Shown here: positions 18,783 through 29,777 of the stretch, piece after piece
How positions within the stretch are numbered: position 1 is the stretch's first letter
How the letters are laid out: every line of letters starts with the position of its first letter
IMG/VR virus record: IMGVR_UViG_3300035670_000291
Span: 1 to 52,487 of that record
Origin: a virus
Taxonomy: Duplodnaviria; Caudoviricetes
DNA: 52,487 nucleotides
Reading direction: 5' to 3' (one strand)
Translations under genes and position numbers: made by a program
Notes under the pieces: generated by a model
What the model saw: the letters and a program-made list of their open reading frames with translations, nothing else
The model's database searches: none
Told to the model about the DNA's origin: nothing

Positions 18783-19988
18783 TTAAGTATCAATTCTTAT
18801 TATAAAATTAATATCAATGTTTGGTAATGATTTCATTGGTTGTGGTAGTTTAGCGACCGCTATTAATTGACAATCATCATCGTATAATCCAATAGTTGTT
18901 ATAAATGGTGTTAAAAATGATCCAGTAATATCGGTTGAACCACTAATATCAATTTGTTCAAACCCACCATATACACTTGAATTTACTTTTGATTGGTATC
19001 TATAATCTATACTCTGTCCAAATTCATTCTTACCTAATTTTTTTATGTATTTAACGCCAGGCGTTGATTGGACTTTTATTGTATATGGTTTAAAATTTTG
19101 ATTACTACCATCGGAAGTTAACCAATCTATTTCGGTTTTTCCAACTTCTACAAAAGATGATGGATTTGTTGAAACATTAAATTCATCTTGCCCTACAACC
19201 AATAAGTACTCATGTTCGTATATAGTTTCTGTAGATCTAAATTTAAGTTCCCAATCCATTAATAGCATCGTTCCTACATTTTTTGTAAAAACAATTAAAC
19301 CTTGTTCATAAAATACATTTCCAGTTTGTGAACCCGTTCCATATGAACTAACAAATGGAATCATAAGTGCCGTTGCTTCTCCACTTTGCAAATCCACACC
19401 AGCTATATCTATTTGATATTCGGTACCATCATACTGTAAAGTTAAAATATCAGTATTTAAATCTATTGTATAAGAATCTATACTTGCACTATAAACATTT
19501 GATAATGAATCGGTAAAACTTAAAGAGCCAGATTGTAAATTATATTCAGATATGTATATTACCAAACCACTACTCCTAAATAGATTACCATATCCATCAT
19601 CAATATATTCTACACCACGTTCATTCAATAAAACTGATCTTTTTTTAATTCCCTCACCAATATATCTTTGAGGTATAGATATTACCTTTGCTTCATTATT
19701 TAAATACCTTTCCCAATTTTCAAATTCTTCAACGTATTGATTTGTCTTTGAACCAAATCTTGTAAATGGATTATCACCACTATCTTTATAAAATTGCGCC
19801 CTTAATTGTCCATATAGTGAAACTTTATTAAATGTTAAGTTGTTTCCTGAAGATGCTTCAGTAGAAAAAACATCTAAATGTTCGGCATCCAATACATCCA
19901 ATTCAATAGATGAATTATTAAATTCCCATTCTTTGTAAACCTTGAATGGTCGAACACTAATATCAGATTTAGGTATCTTTTTTAACAT
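18783..19988 (-). CDS. Baseplate/tail-collar structural protein
   Basis: C-terminal ITTIGLYDDDCQLIAVAKLPQPMK shared with the neighbouring gene. Confidence 0.6.
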   Translation of the reverse strand: MLKKIPKSDISVRPFKVYKEWEFNNSSIELDVLDAEHLDVFSTEASSGNNLTFNKVSLYGQLRAQFYKDSGDNPFTRFGSKTNQYVEEFENWERYLNNEAKVISIPQRYIGEGIKKRSVLLNERGVEYIDDGYGNLFRSSGLVIYISEYNLQSGSLSFTDSLSNVYSASIDSYTIDLNTDILTLQYDGTEYQIDIAGVDLQSGEATALMIPFVSSYGTGSQTGNVFYEQGLIVFTKNVGTMLLMDWELKFRSTETIYEHEYLLVVGQDEFNVSTNPSSFVEVGKTEIDWLTSDGSNQNFKPYTIKVQSTPGVKYIKKLGKNEFGQSIDYRYQSKVNSSVYGGFEQIDISGSTDITGSFLTPFITTIGLYDDDCQLIAVAKLPQPMKSLPNIDINFIIRIDT

Positions 19989-20007
19989 ACAAATATAAAT
20001 ATCTTAT

Positions 20008-20064
20008 TAAAAGAAAACCCAACTTTTTAAGGTTGGGTTCGGTCTATGAATACCTATTCATAGA
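20008..20064 (-). terminator. Intrinsic terminator with a second upstream hairpin
   Basis: AACCCAAC/GTTGGGTT stem (20016-20039) followed by TTCTTTT on minus; TCTATGAATA/TATTCATAGA inverted repeat at 20043-20064. Confidence 0.65.
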
Positions 20065-20080
20065 GGGGTTAGTTATTCTC

Positions 20081-21313
20081 TTAAAAATCTAATTTAACTT
20101 TAATTAAGATTTCTTTATCAAATGTTTTTTCAATTGGTTTACTTATCTTTGCAACTGCCAATAATTCATTTGCATCATCATATAAACCAACCGATGTAAC
20201 ATACACATGTGGATCAGTTTCAAATAAAGTTTGAACAAATTGACCAGTAGAACCTGTTACGAATGTTGGATTGTTTGAATAGTTGAATTCTCTATTATTT
20301 ACTCTTACGAAGAAATGCGAAGTAGAAACATTTTCTGTTCTTCTTGCTTGGAACGATGCTCCCGATTTTAATCCTTCATATAAATTTTCTATATTTGTTT
20401 TGTTAGAATAAGTACCTGCAACGGATGCGCTTTCAAAAGTTATACCAACCGATGAACTAATTGCTGCGGGATTTAATAAGAAAATTCCTAAATCTGGATA
20501 AAATAATCCATATCCTTGCTGGGTATAGTTATCAACGTATTGTGCAATTGTTCCTTCGTTTGAAGTTCCTATATTCAATGCACCACTAACTAAATTGAAA
20601 ATTCTACCACTAGCACCTATTGAATTTGTTTGTCCAGAATCATCTATCAAAGTAATAGTACCGTTTGTACCGGATAGAGTTATTTCTATATTTCCTGGAT
20701 CTAATTTTTCTCTACTTCTTGCTCTATTCACGTTTAGTGCGTAGAAATGATCTAAATTATAACCATTATTAACCAATCCAGAACTACCACTTGCATATAC
20801 GGTAAAAAATGTATCCGTAGGACCTAACAATACGTTTCTGAATTGACCGTAAATTGCTTTAGTTTGTAGTAAGGAATCATCATTTTGTGATAGAGTTGGA
20901 ACCGCACCGCCACTAATGTGACCGTAGGTTACCGAAAATTGTACCTCCGCAGCATCAGATGTAGTTGGATCATAATTGTAAACATCTAAATAGTATTTAC
21001 CACTATCACTTGCCTTTTGAACAGATGATGTGTATATACTATCCAAAGAACCAGTATCACCACTCCATATTCCGGAAGTAACTACTTCGGTTCTATTTAC
21101 TATCTTATCTATTTCATTAAATCTTTTGTAAATTCCAGTTACAGTTGTATTTGTATTGGAACTTACGGACTCTTCTGTAGCCAAAAACTGATTAAGTATA
21201 TTTACAACTTCGTTTGTATCAACAGGAGTTCCTGCTGTGTTAGCAACGTTGGCTAAATACTGTGATAAGTTTCCTGCTAAAAGGGCTCCTCTATTGTTTC
21301 TAATTATTGCCAT
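20081..21313 (-). CDS. Baseplate/tail-collar structural protein
   Basis: EFNYSNNPTF...VTSVGLYDDANELLAVAKISKPIEK; paralogous C-terminus to 18783-19988. Confidence 0.6.
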   Translation of the reverse strand: MAIIRNNRGALLAGNLSQYLANVANTAGTPVDTNEVVNILNQFLATEESVSSNTNTTVTGIYKRFNEIDKIVNRTEVVTSGIWSGDTGSLDSIYTSSVQKASDSGKYYLDVYNYDPTTSDAAEVQFSVTYGHISGGAVPTLSQNDDSLLQTKAIYGQFRNVLLGPTDTFFTVYASGSSGLVNNGYNLDHFYALNVNRARSREKLDPGNIEITLSGTNGTITLIDDSGQTNSIGASGRIFNLVSGALNIGTSNEGTIAQYVDNYTQQGYGLFYPDLGIFLLNPAAISSSVGITFESASVAGTYSNKTNIENLYEGLKSGASFQARRTENVSTSHFFVRVNNREFNYSNNPTFVTGSTGQFVQTLFETDPHVYVTSVGLYDDANELLAVAKISKPIEKTFDKEILIKVKLDF

Positions 21314-21320
21314 ATTCTAA

Positions 21321-21944
21321 TTATATTACATAATTTACTGTTACTGGTATAGTTTGAGAACCACCCGTTTCGTTTCCATAAACAGTTATTGTTGTTTTAA
21401 CTGTAGATGTTAATGATGGGTTTGGAATAAACTTGAATGTCAATCCTTTTGCAATCGCTGCGGTTGCCGATACATCCGCTCCTATGAAAACAGGAACACT
21501 ACCAACTGCGGTTGTTAATCCTTCACCAATTATATCACCTGCATTTTTATTTGCTAGTACAATGGTGTAACCATTACTTCTATTACCCGCTGGAGACGTA
21601 GTTGGTGATAAAGCGACTTCACCACTTTTTTGATTTACATTTATATTAGGAACACCAAATTCAACAACAGGAATTCTTGTAGTAGATTTTGGAAGACTTA
21701 CTAATTTGTATTTCATAACCTGTGTTTCATCTGGATACGCTTCTAATACCGGCATATTTTTAATTGCTGCATCATAATAAGCAGAACCTAAAGGATGTGC
21801 AGGCTCATATAATGAATAATCAATTTCATCATCCGCCAAAGCAAATTGTGTAATGTTCAATCCTAATCCTGATGCTAATTTTTCTCTACCCTTTTTTGTT
21901 AGGATTGCATCAACTGTAAGTTCATTGTTACTTAAATATCCCAT
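21321..21944 (-). CDS. Virion structural protein resembling the N-terminus of tail-collar fibre (DUF3751-type) proteins
   Basis: LTKKGREKLASGLGLNITQFALADD; ATATTTAT at 21971-21978. Confidence 0.55.
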   Translation of the reverse strand: MGYLSNNELTVDAILTKKGREKLASGLGLNITQFALADDEIDYSLYEPAHPLGSAYYDAAIKNMPVLEAYPDETQVMKYKLVSLPKSTTRIPVVEFGVPNINVNQKSGEVALSPTTSPAGNRSNGYTIVLANKNAGDIIGEGLTTAVGSVPVFIGADVSATAAIAKGLTFKFIPNPSLTSTVKTTITVYGNETGGSQTIPVTVNYVI

Positions 21945-21992
21945 AATGTATATATATTATTCGTTTAATAATAAATATCGTTTTCTAAAAAA

Positions 21993-24900
21993 TTATGATC
22001 CAACTTCCAAAATTGGTTCAGAAGAACTTCTACCTGCTTTGTTAACAACCAATGTATTAGGATTAGTTGCAAAAATCTCAACAGGAGAACTACCATCTAT
22101 TGTAGTTGATGTTGTATTTTTACTTCCTTTGAAGAACGAATTATCCAATCCTCTCGTAGTATCCCTTGTATATCTATGATGTACTCTTAAATATCCTCTA
22201 ACAGGAGTTACATCTACCACAGACCCCGTTACCAAAGGTAGTTCGGAAGGTAATCCAGTTGAACCCGTAAATGGTTGTATGTTTAGTTTTGTTTCTATTA
22301 TTATCGATGAAGTAAGTTCTGTACCGCCTCTTGGATCACCCGTACCATCCGGAAGTAATACTTTGAATTTTGAAGTTGTAATTATCTTTTTTTCTTTTAC
22401 AACACATGCTCTAACTCTTCTCTTTTTTATTACATTATCCGTATCAAAATAAGTTTGAACTGCAAATCCACCACTTGCTGCATATAAACCAAATCCAAAT
22501 TTTTCATAATCATCTAAACCGACTATAGTAGTAAATGTTTCGGGTTTTTCTAGTAATGTTCTTTTACTAACTCCTGTTCCTATTGTGGCAGTTATTCCCA
22601 AATTTTCGGAAGTTACTAAAATATCATCTTGTGTATTTATTACAGTATCATATCCCAAATTTTGAGAACTTGCTGAAATTGGATTTGCTTCTAATACCGA
22701 TTCATATACCAAATTTTCACCAATAAGACTAGTTTCATCGCCGGCAATTAACGCATCGTATGTGGAGTATTCATTATCAAAACTTATATCATATTCTATT
22801 TCACCTGTGTAATCGTTAAAATCACCAGTTGGTTTTCTTTGCTTTACTTTACTTCTTTCTAAAAAATGGGGTTCAATCAAAATACCTGTTGTGGTTTTTG
22901 ATCTACCTGGCATTATTTTTTTAAGATTATCAAATAAACTATTTTCATATAAAGCAACTATATTCAGATATTGGTAAACATCCTTTTTTTGAACTCTATC
23001 AAAATAATAATTTCTTAAAGATTTTAAGGATTTATAATCATCAGAATATCTATCGGAAGGATCTCCTATGTAGTTTGATAAATTAAATCCACCAAAAGAT
23101 TTTGCAATATCTAAATTTAATTCTTTTGTAGGTGAAAAGAACGCACCCATTCTGGTAGAATCGGTTGGAGCAGTTTCTATTGATTTTTCAGTTGCACGAT
23201 ATTTTGATGATAAATCAGAAACCAATTGTTTCTCTTCAAAACGAATTTTATCATTAACATATCTTGAACCTATGCCATCTGGAATTGAAACTATTATGGT
23301 TCTATCTATTGGTTCAAAATTATATGGATAATCATTTATTGAGTTAAATTCATAAGCAGAAGCACTAAATGATGCCGATGGGTTTGTTGATGTAAATGCA
23401 GTATATATTGTACTATCTTCATAGTTATTTCTGGTAAGTGATCCAGATAATTTTATATTAGCCGCTACATTTATTAATCTTGTAGGATTTGAATCTCCTA
23501 AATTTTTTGGATATTCAAAATCAAGTCTAAACATCAAGTCGGAGGTAGAAGAGGAATAAGTATTTCCATGTATCATTTCAGGAAATAAAATGTGTTCTTT
23601 GAATATAGATGCACTTAAAGGTGTAGACCATAATCTAAATTCATCTATTGAACCAGTGTAATTACTTCCTATTTTTATTGTTGATCCACTATTCCAATTT
23701 GAACTTGTAAGTATATAATCCACCGAAGATGAAAATATAAAATTTCCCTTCTCAACTTGTCCTAAATATAAATTATATTTTGATGAGGTTGGTGAATTTA
23801 TTTCTCTAGAAACTTTAAAACCAAATAATTTACCATTAAAAATAGGAACTTCTGATGAAGTTATTTCTACATTTGTTCCATTTTGTAATAGATTTAATTT
23901 TGCTTTACCGTATTTAGAATTTTGAGAACCACTAATCTCTACATTCCATCCACTTCCTGATATGATTGTGTATTGATTACTATATGCAGGTTTTAGAAAA
24001 ATTTCTATTGTATCTGGCTTTCTATTTTTATTAGTATTAACCCAATTGGTTTGAATATACGAACCACTATTCATTTTTAAATAGTATGTTGTATTTTCCA
24101 TTTCTAACTTACCCGTACTTATGGATGATGTTGTTTCCGAACTAGGCCCACCGAATTCAAATACCGATAAATTTGATGCGGGTATTCCATAACAAGATAG
24201 TAATGCGTTTATTCCTCTTTTTGTACCTTTATGTTTAAGTAAGTAGGGTAGATTATTTATCAATCTTCTCCAAACTTCATAAGTTCTTTTTTTAGCAGGA
24301 TTATCTTCAACAACTTGACCACTATCATCATATCCAAAAGCGTATTTCCAAAGTTTTGAATCAACGGATAAATGTTTTGGATCAAATCCAAATGAAATTA
24401 AATAATCATATATTAACTTATTTGCTAATTCACCACTATCTTTGTATCCTAATTGACGTGAGTTTTCTATTGCCTTTGTATAATAATAAAAAGTATCAAA
24501 ATACTGACCAATCATTGAAAAGAATAATAACAAATGTTCATTCTCACCACTATTCTTTATATACTGTGGTATATTGTTATGAATAAAATTGTTATTATTT
24601 TTATCATACGTGTCTGCTAATTCTATTATATTGTTATACCAAGGTAAAACCGAAATAGTATCGGTAGATGATAATCTAACCGATCCACTATATGGCCATG
24701 TGATAGAATTAGAACCAGATGTTGTGTATTTAGATGATGGTGTGTATAAAAACGATTCAAAACCATCAAAATCTTGAATTAATTTTTGCTTTTTATCTCT
24801 ATTTCTTTGAACCTCTTGTTGAGAAGCTAGAGATGCGGTAAATGCTGATGGGTTTCCCGATGAGTTTGCAACATCGGTTGATGAACTTACTATTAAACTT

Positions 24901-27236
24901 TCGTAGTTTTCAATCAATTGTAACTTATATACAAAATTATCAACACGTTCCTTTGCCGATGAAAAGTGTACAAAATTTTCCCATATATAATTAGAACCAC
25001 TTACATATTCAATGTTTATATCATCAAAATCAATCTTTGATGAACTTAAATACGTTGTAATAAGCTGTTCGGATGTGGAGGAACTTAAAATTAATGTATC
25101 TAATGATTCAAAATCTGTTGATTTTCCTGTAACATAATCTATCTCAACATTAAAATTTGGTCCCTTTATAGGTGGACAATTTAACCCAACTTCATCTGTC
25201 AATACTACGGTTTCTACTATGGAATTTACTATAAGTTTTGTAATCCAAAGTGTAGTATTGTCATCAAATTCGTTTGGTAATGGTTCATATAATTTTAAAA
25301 TCAAAGATTTTATCTCCGATGTTATTATTTCATTACCCTGTACATCTTCTCCTTTTTCCGATAAAGTGTAATTATCATTTTCCCAAGATGAAATTAGTAT
25401 CTGTTCATCATTTCCAAAATTGGCAAGATGAGTTAAATACTTACTCTCTTTTTCTGGTTCTTCTAAAATTAATTTATCTAAATAAGATTCAAATCCATCA
25501 TATAGTGTTTTTCTTATTGAATCTTCATCTAAATTTAATGTTGGAAAATTTAATTTTGTTATTATTTCATATTCATTACCAATCAACTCCTTACTACCGG
25601 ATCTATTGTATGGTTTAAATATAATTGATACGGTATCCCTACCATTCCATGTAGGATAAGTTTCTGCTAATTTTTTTAAATTAATAGAAATTTTACCAGT
25701 AGGTGGTAAATTGGAAAAAAGTTGTAGTTTTGAACCATCCTTTGCTATCAAAAATGCATCAACACTAGTAGCAGCAAACGATGCATAATCTACATCATAA
25801 TCAATTTGCAAATCCGAAAAAGAAGGGATTTCTATAAAATCAGGAAATCTTATTTGAGTTATAGCAGGAAAATCATTTACTGCTAAAAATTTAAGTATTA
25901 CTTCTTTATTAGGACCTGTACCAGCTGCCTCACTTACAGGTTGAAATATGATTTTTTTAGAACCATATTCACCTTTAAAATCTTGAATAAAATATAAATC
26001 TACAAATCCTACATTGATATCTACTTTTACAAATTTATTTGGTGCAAGATATACATTTACATAATCTGCATTTTTTGTTGTAAAAGGTATTTTTATATTC
26101 TTATCGGTATCCGATTCCTTTATTTCTATATCATAATAATCATTAGGAATAGTAATAGAAGGTAATGGAATTATTTCTTCTTTTTTATAAATTATTGCAA
26201 TGACAGGACTTGATGATAATGAACTATTTGGTAAAGAAAATATAGTTCTTGTTGAATTCCATTTTGTGAAATCGTTTGGATAAGATTGTGCAATTGTTTT
26301 TGATGTATTATTTACAGAAACAATCGTATATTCTTTTGGAACGATTCCGTGGTTTATGTAAAAATCAGTATGACCATTCTTTGTAAAAGAATCTTTTATC
26401 TGCAATCTATCCGATATTCCATTTACTAATTTAACTACACCTTCGGATATTAGGTCATTAGTTGCACTATATGTTTTGTAACTTAATGATAAAATATCAC
26501 CTAACTCATTTTTAAAATTTGAGGTAAATGAAATACTATAATTTATTAAAACATCTTCAGCCGGTTTCGGTATTTCATCATCATCATTTTCAAATTCAAA
26601 ATCGCATCTAAAAGATCCATATGTTGAATCTAAATTTCTTTGTGAGTATTCTTTGTATTCTTTTGTTACTCTATCTAAACGATATTCTACTATCTTAACG
26701 TTTTCTTTATAAAGAATATCATTTTGAGTTGTTGCTTCTCCCCTAACTCTAGCCGTATCGGTAAAAGAATAATTAAAATCCAACAAAGAATTGGTTTGTT
26801 CTCTAACTCTAAAATTTTGCTGGTCTACTATTCCCGAATTTACATTTACATCATTTGTAGTTTGATAGGTTTTTTCTATTACTACTTCAAAATAATTTAT
26901 AGGTCTAAATCCTGTTCTTTTTGCTTTATAGGTTTTTTTATTACCAAATTTTAAAGAAGGAGCATATTTTTTACTTATAGCTGAACCAATACCCAATACT
27001 ACATCATCTTCATAAAATTCAGAAGAATCGGTTGATGCTAAATTTACTTTTAAATCTAATAAATCCGAACTTGAGTAAGATGGTAATACAAAAAATGGAT
27101 TAGTTATTGTTGGTGGAGTGTAAACACTTCCTGATGATGTATTTCCTGTGAATGGAATATACTCCCCAACTCCGTTATAAGGTGTAGTAGATACAACGCT
27201 CTCTCTTACTCTATTATTTGTTATTTCTTGTGCCAT
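21993..27236 (-). CDS. Large baseplate wedge protein (P2 gpI-like segment plus LamG-like domain)
   Basis: YLLKHKGTKRGINALLSCYG; IGSNYTGSIDEFRLWSTPLS; position in the baseplate cluster. Confidence 0.65.
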   Translation of the reverse strand: MAQEITNNRVRESVVSTTPYNGVGEYIPFTGNTSSGSVYTPPTITNPFFVLPSYSSSDLLDLKVNLASTDSSEFYEDDVVLGIGSAISKKYAPSLKFGNKKTYKAKRTGFRPINYFEVVIEKTYQTTNDVNVNSGIVDQQNFRVREQTNSLLDFNYSFTDTARVRGEATTQNDILYKENVKIVEYRLDRVTKEYKEYSQRNLDSTYGSFRCDFEFENDDDEIPKPAEDVLINYSISFTSNFKNELGDILSLSYKTYSATNDLISEGVVKLVNGISDRLQIKDSFTKNGHTDFYINHGIVPKEYTIVSVNNTSKTIAQSYPNDFTKWNSTRTIFSLPNSSLSSSPVIAIIYKKEEIIPLPSITIPNDYYDIEIKESDTDKNIKIPFTTKNADYVNVYLAPNKFVKVDINVGFVDLYFIQDFKGEYGSKKIIFQPVSEAAGTGPNKEVILKFLAVNDFPAITQIRFPDFIEIPSFSDLQIDYDVDYASFAATSVDAFLIAKDGSKLQLFSNLPPTGKISINLKKLAETYPTWNGRDTVSIIFKPYNRSGSKELIGNEYEIITKLNFPTLNLDEDSIRKTLYDGFESYLDKLILEEPEKESKYLTHLANFGNDEQILISSWENDNYTLSEKGEDVQGNEIITSEIKSLILKLYEPLPNEFDDNTTLWITKLIVNSIVETVVLTDEVGLNCPPIKGPNFNVEIDYVTGKSTDFESLDTLILSSSTSEQLITTYLSSSKIDFDDINIEYVSGSNYIWENFVHFSSAKERVDNFVYKLQLIENYESLIVSSSTDVANSSGNPSAFTASLASQQEVQRNRDKKQKLIQDFDGFESFLYTPSSKYTTSGSNSITWPYSGSVRLSSTDTISVLPWYNNIIELADTYDKNNNNFIHNNIPQYIKNSGENEHLLLFFSMIGQYFDTFYYYTKAIENSRQLGYKDSGELANKLIYDYLISFGFDPKHLSVDSKLWKYAFGYDDSGQVVEDNPAKKRTYEVWRRLINNLPYLLKHKGTKRGINALLSCYGIPASNLSVFEFGGPSSETTSSISTGKLEMENTTYYLKMNSGSYIQTNWVNTNKNRKPDTIEIFLKPAYSNQYTIISGSGWNVEISGSQNSKYGKAKLNLLQNGTNVEITSSEVPIFNGKLFGFKVSREINSPTSSKYNLYLGQVEKGNFIFSSSVDYILTSSNWNSGSTIKIGSNYTGSIDEFRLWSTPLSASIFKEHILFPEMIHGNTYSSSTSDLMFRLDFEYPKNLGDSNPTRLINVAANIKLSGSLTRNNYEDSTIYTAFTSTNPSASFSASAYEFNSINDYPYNFEPIDRTIIVSIPDGIGSRYVNDKIRFEEKQLVSDLSSKYRATEKSIETAPTDSTRMGAFFSPTKELNLDIAKSFGGFNLSNYIGDPSDRYSDDYKSLKSLRNYYFDRVQKKDVYQYLNIVALYENSLFDNLKKIMPGRSKTTTGILIEPHFLERSKVKQRKPTGDFNDYTGEIEYDISFDNEYSTYDALIAGDETSLIGENLVYESVLEANPISASSQNLGYDTVINTQDDILVTSENLGITATIGTGVSKRTLLEKPETFTTIVGLDDYEKFGFGLYAASGGFAVQTYFDTDNVIKKRRVRACVVKEKKIITTSKFKVLLPDGTGDPRGGTELTSSIIIETKLNIQPFTGSTGLPSELPLVTGSVVDVTPVRGYLRVHHRYTRDTTRGLDNSFFKGSKNTTSTTIDGSSPVEIFATNPNTLVVNKAGRSSSEPILEVGS

Positions 27237-27266
27237 CCGGATTTTGTATAAATATAAAACTGAAAA

Positions 27267-28652
27267 TTATATTCCTCTAGTTCTTGAAGTTCTTTTTGGT
27301 TGTTGTACCTTTACGATTGTTTCATTCAATTCTTTTTCTATTTCTTTTATATTTCTAACTTTTTTATATTTTTTCTCATCACTATCATCATTACCATCAA
27401 CTCTTATAGGAGGTGTAACGGGTTCTGTGGCCTGCGGCTTTGTATCTAATACAACATCTGTATAATCATCAACAGGTACAATTGGTTGAATAACCTCAAT
27501 AGGTTCTATTCTAGTTCTAGGAGTTGGTGTTGGTGTTGGTTTTGGAACCTCTTCCGGTTTAATTTCAATTATAGGTTTTACTATTGGAGGTGAATCATTT
27601 TTTTCATCGTAATTATAATCGTTTGATTCTTCTCTATATGGTATATCAACCCTATCAGGCTGATAAATTATTCTTTTTTCATGTTTATCTACTTCAAATG
27701 AATCCAAATTATCTTTTACATCTTTTCTTAACTGTGGTATTGCAAAATCTTTTGTAATTTTAGTTACTGTTATATTTCTCTTTTTCAAAAAAGTAGTATC
27801 GTATAAAATACAATCAAATAATATGATTTTTATTTCAGAAAGTATTTTTGAAAAATCATAACTTTCACAATCTTCAAATCGAGTTGGTGATGGTTTTCCA
27901 TAATTAGTTTCACCTATATGATAGTATTTATTAGTTAAATAGTAATCAACGGATATTTTAAAATCTTGATAAATTTTGTTTTTTAAGTCATCAAATTTAC
28001 TCAATCCAAAATCTTTTTGTAAAGTAGAAATATAATCTTTACCATAAACACTTTGAATAAATGTGGTAACTTCATTTAGAAATTCTTGCTCTTTGCTTGA
28101 TAAAAATTTTAATATACTATTTTTATAGTTTTTAAATTCTTTACTTAAATTTAATATATTATCAAATTCATTTTTTGTTTGTAAATTTGTTGTGGCATTA
28201 TCCGTTACCAATGGCAAGATACGAATTTCCTCTCTAGATGGTGAAACTTCATGTATCCAAACTCTTGTAAATTGATTATCGCTTCCAATTTTATTTTTTA
28301 CAAAATGTAAATTGACTTTGTATATTCCATTTAAAAATCCAATATCATTCATTAATTTTTCAATATCAATTGCCAATTCTTTTTTACCGGTTGGTTTGGT
28401 TACACTATATACATAATTTTTAATATCTGGCATTTTTAAATAAGAAACATTATTACCATTTTTTTGAGGTAATAAATTATTATTTATATCATAAACGGCG
28501 ACTTCCAAAACATCGTATTTACAATTCCCAAATTCAACATCTTCTTTTTGATTTTGAGAAAAAATAAATAAATCCTTTTCTTGAATACGTTTTCCTTCGT
28601 TTTCAATGTTTGTGTTTATATTTTCAAAATTAGTATATCTTTGGATACTCAT
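27267..28652 (-). CDS. Hypothetical structural protein with Pro-rich C-terminus
   Basis: 461 aa; HEVSPSREEIRI; in the baseplate operon. Confidence 0.55.
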   Translation of the reverse strand: MSIQRYTNFENINTNIENEGKRIQEKDLFIFSQNQKEDVEFGNCKYDVLEVAVYDINNNLLPQKNGNNVSYLKMPDIKNYVYSVTKPTGKKELAIDIEKLMNDIGFLNGIYKVNLHFVKNKIGSDNQFTRVWIHEVSPSREEIRILPLVTDNATTNLQTKNEFDNILNLSKEFKNYKNSILKFLSSKEQEFLNEVTTFIQSVYGKDYISTLQKDFGLSKFDDLKNKIYQDFKISVDYYLTNKYYHIGETNYGKPSPTRFEDCESYDFSKILSEIKIILFDCILYDTTFLKKRNITVTKITKDFAIPQLRKDVKDNLDSFEVDKHEKRIIYQPDRVDIPYREESNDYNYDEKNDSPPIVKPIIEIKPEEVPKPTPTPTPRTRIEPIEVIQPIVPVDDYTDVVLDTKPQATEPVTPPIRVDGNDDSDEKKYKKVRNIKEIEKELNETIVKVQQPKRTSRTRGI

Positions 28653-28662
28653 AATTCAATGT

Positions 28663-29769
28663 TTAATAGGAATCTGGATGCATTATGTTTATTTTAGTTT
28701 CTATATTCTTAGCCTTTTCAGTTCCATCTCTTCTTTTTACCGATATTCTTAAATTGCTTAAAAATGTTTTACTAAAATCACCAGCAGTGTAGGTACATGC
28801 ACCAGGAGTAAATATAAGTAATAATTCTTCTGCAACACCTGGAGTTAATTCTAAAACATTTTTTGGTGTACTCAACCAATTTTGTCCTAATGGATTGAAT
28901 ACCGTTATAGTTACGGTTACGGGATTTAAATCATTATTTGTTACAAATAGTGTTTGGCCCCACTCCCATCTAAATTCCCCTGTTAGATTGTTTATTCTGC
29001 CAACAATAGGTGATTCTGGAGGTGCAGCCGTTGGTTCTGCTTTTGCAATTACAACTTCGTTTATAATATCACCACCCGCTACAAGTGCTATATTTTGTGA
29101 TGCCTGTGTTATCGCCTGTTGTTGTTGTATTGATCCTAATTGCGATTGTAATCCTTCTATTATAGAATTTAATGTATCTATTTGTTTTATTAACGCTTCT
29201 ATTTGTGCTTTATATCCCATATTTTGGGATTGTAAAGATGCTCTTAATACACTTTCTTCAATAGATTTTTGAACCGCATTTTGAACTTGTGTGGATATAC
29301 CATCAACTGTTTTGGATAATGTATCTATCTGATTTGCCAAAGCATCGTTGGTTTGTCCAACTCCCAAAATTTCATTATCTTTGGCGGAACTATCCGCCGA
29401 TATATTCCCTATTTCCGATTCTAAATCCGAAATAGATTGTGATAAATCTGCTATTTGATTTGATAAATCATCATTTATAATAAATTGTTCATCTAGTAAA
29501 CTTCTAGGAACTAAATCCTCAGGAGAAGGTTCAGGGATAACTGGTTTAAGTTCTATAATTTCCGTATTTACAGATTTTAATAACTCCTCTTGATTTATTT
29601 TATTTTTTGTAAGAGATTTAAATAACAAAGATGATGCAACGTTTTCTTTATTTGGAATTATTGCATTTTGATTTTGTCTATTATAATCGTAATTTGATCC
29701 GGAACTAATTAGAATTTTTTCTAACTGAGCTTTTCTTAATTGTTCCTCTAAAGGTGTTCTAGTTATCAT
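28663..29769 (-). CDS. Coiled-coil structural protein with beta-rich C-terminal domain
   Basis: Heptad-rich central region; 368 aa. Confidence 0.55.
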   Translation of the reverse strand: MITRTPLEEQLRKAQLEKILISSGSNYDYNRQNQNAIIPNKENVASSLLFKSLTKNKINQEELLKSVNTEIIELKPVIPEPSPEDLVPRSLLDEQFIINDDLSNQIADLSQSISDLESEIGNISADSSAKDNEILGVGQTNDALANQIDTLSKTVDGISTQVQNAVQKSIEESVLRASLQSQNMGYKAQIEALIKQIDTLNSIIEGLQSQLGSIQQQQAITQASQNIALVAGGDIINEVVIAKAEPTAAPPESPIVGRINNLTGEFRWEWGQTLFVTNNDLNPVTVTITVFNPLGQNWLSTPKNVLELTPGVAEELLLIFTPGACTYTAGDFSKTFLSNLRISVKRRDGTEKAKNIETKINIMHPDSY

Positions 29770-29777
29770 TTATTAAA

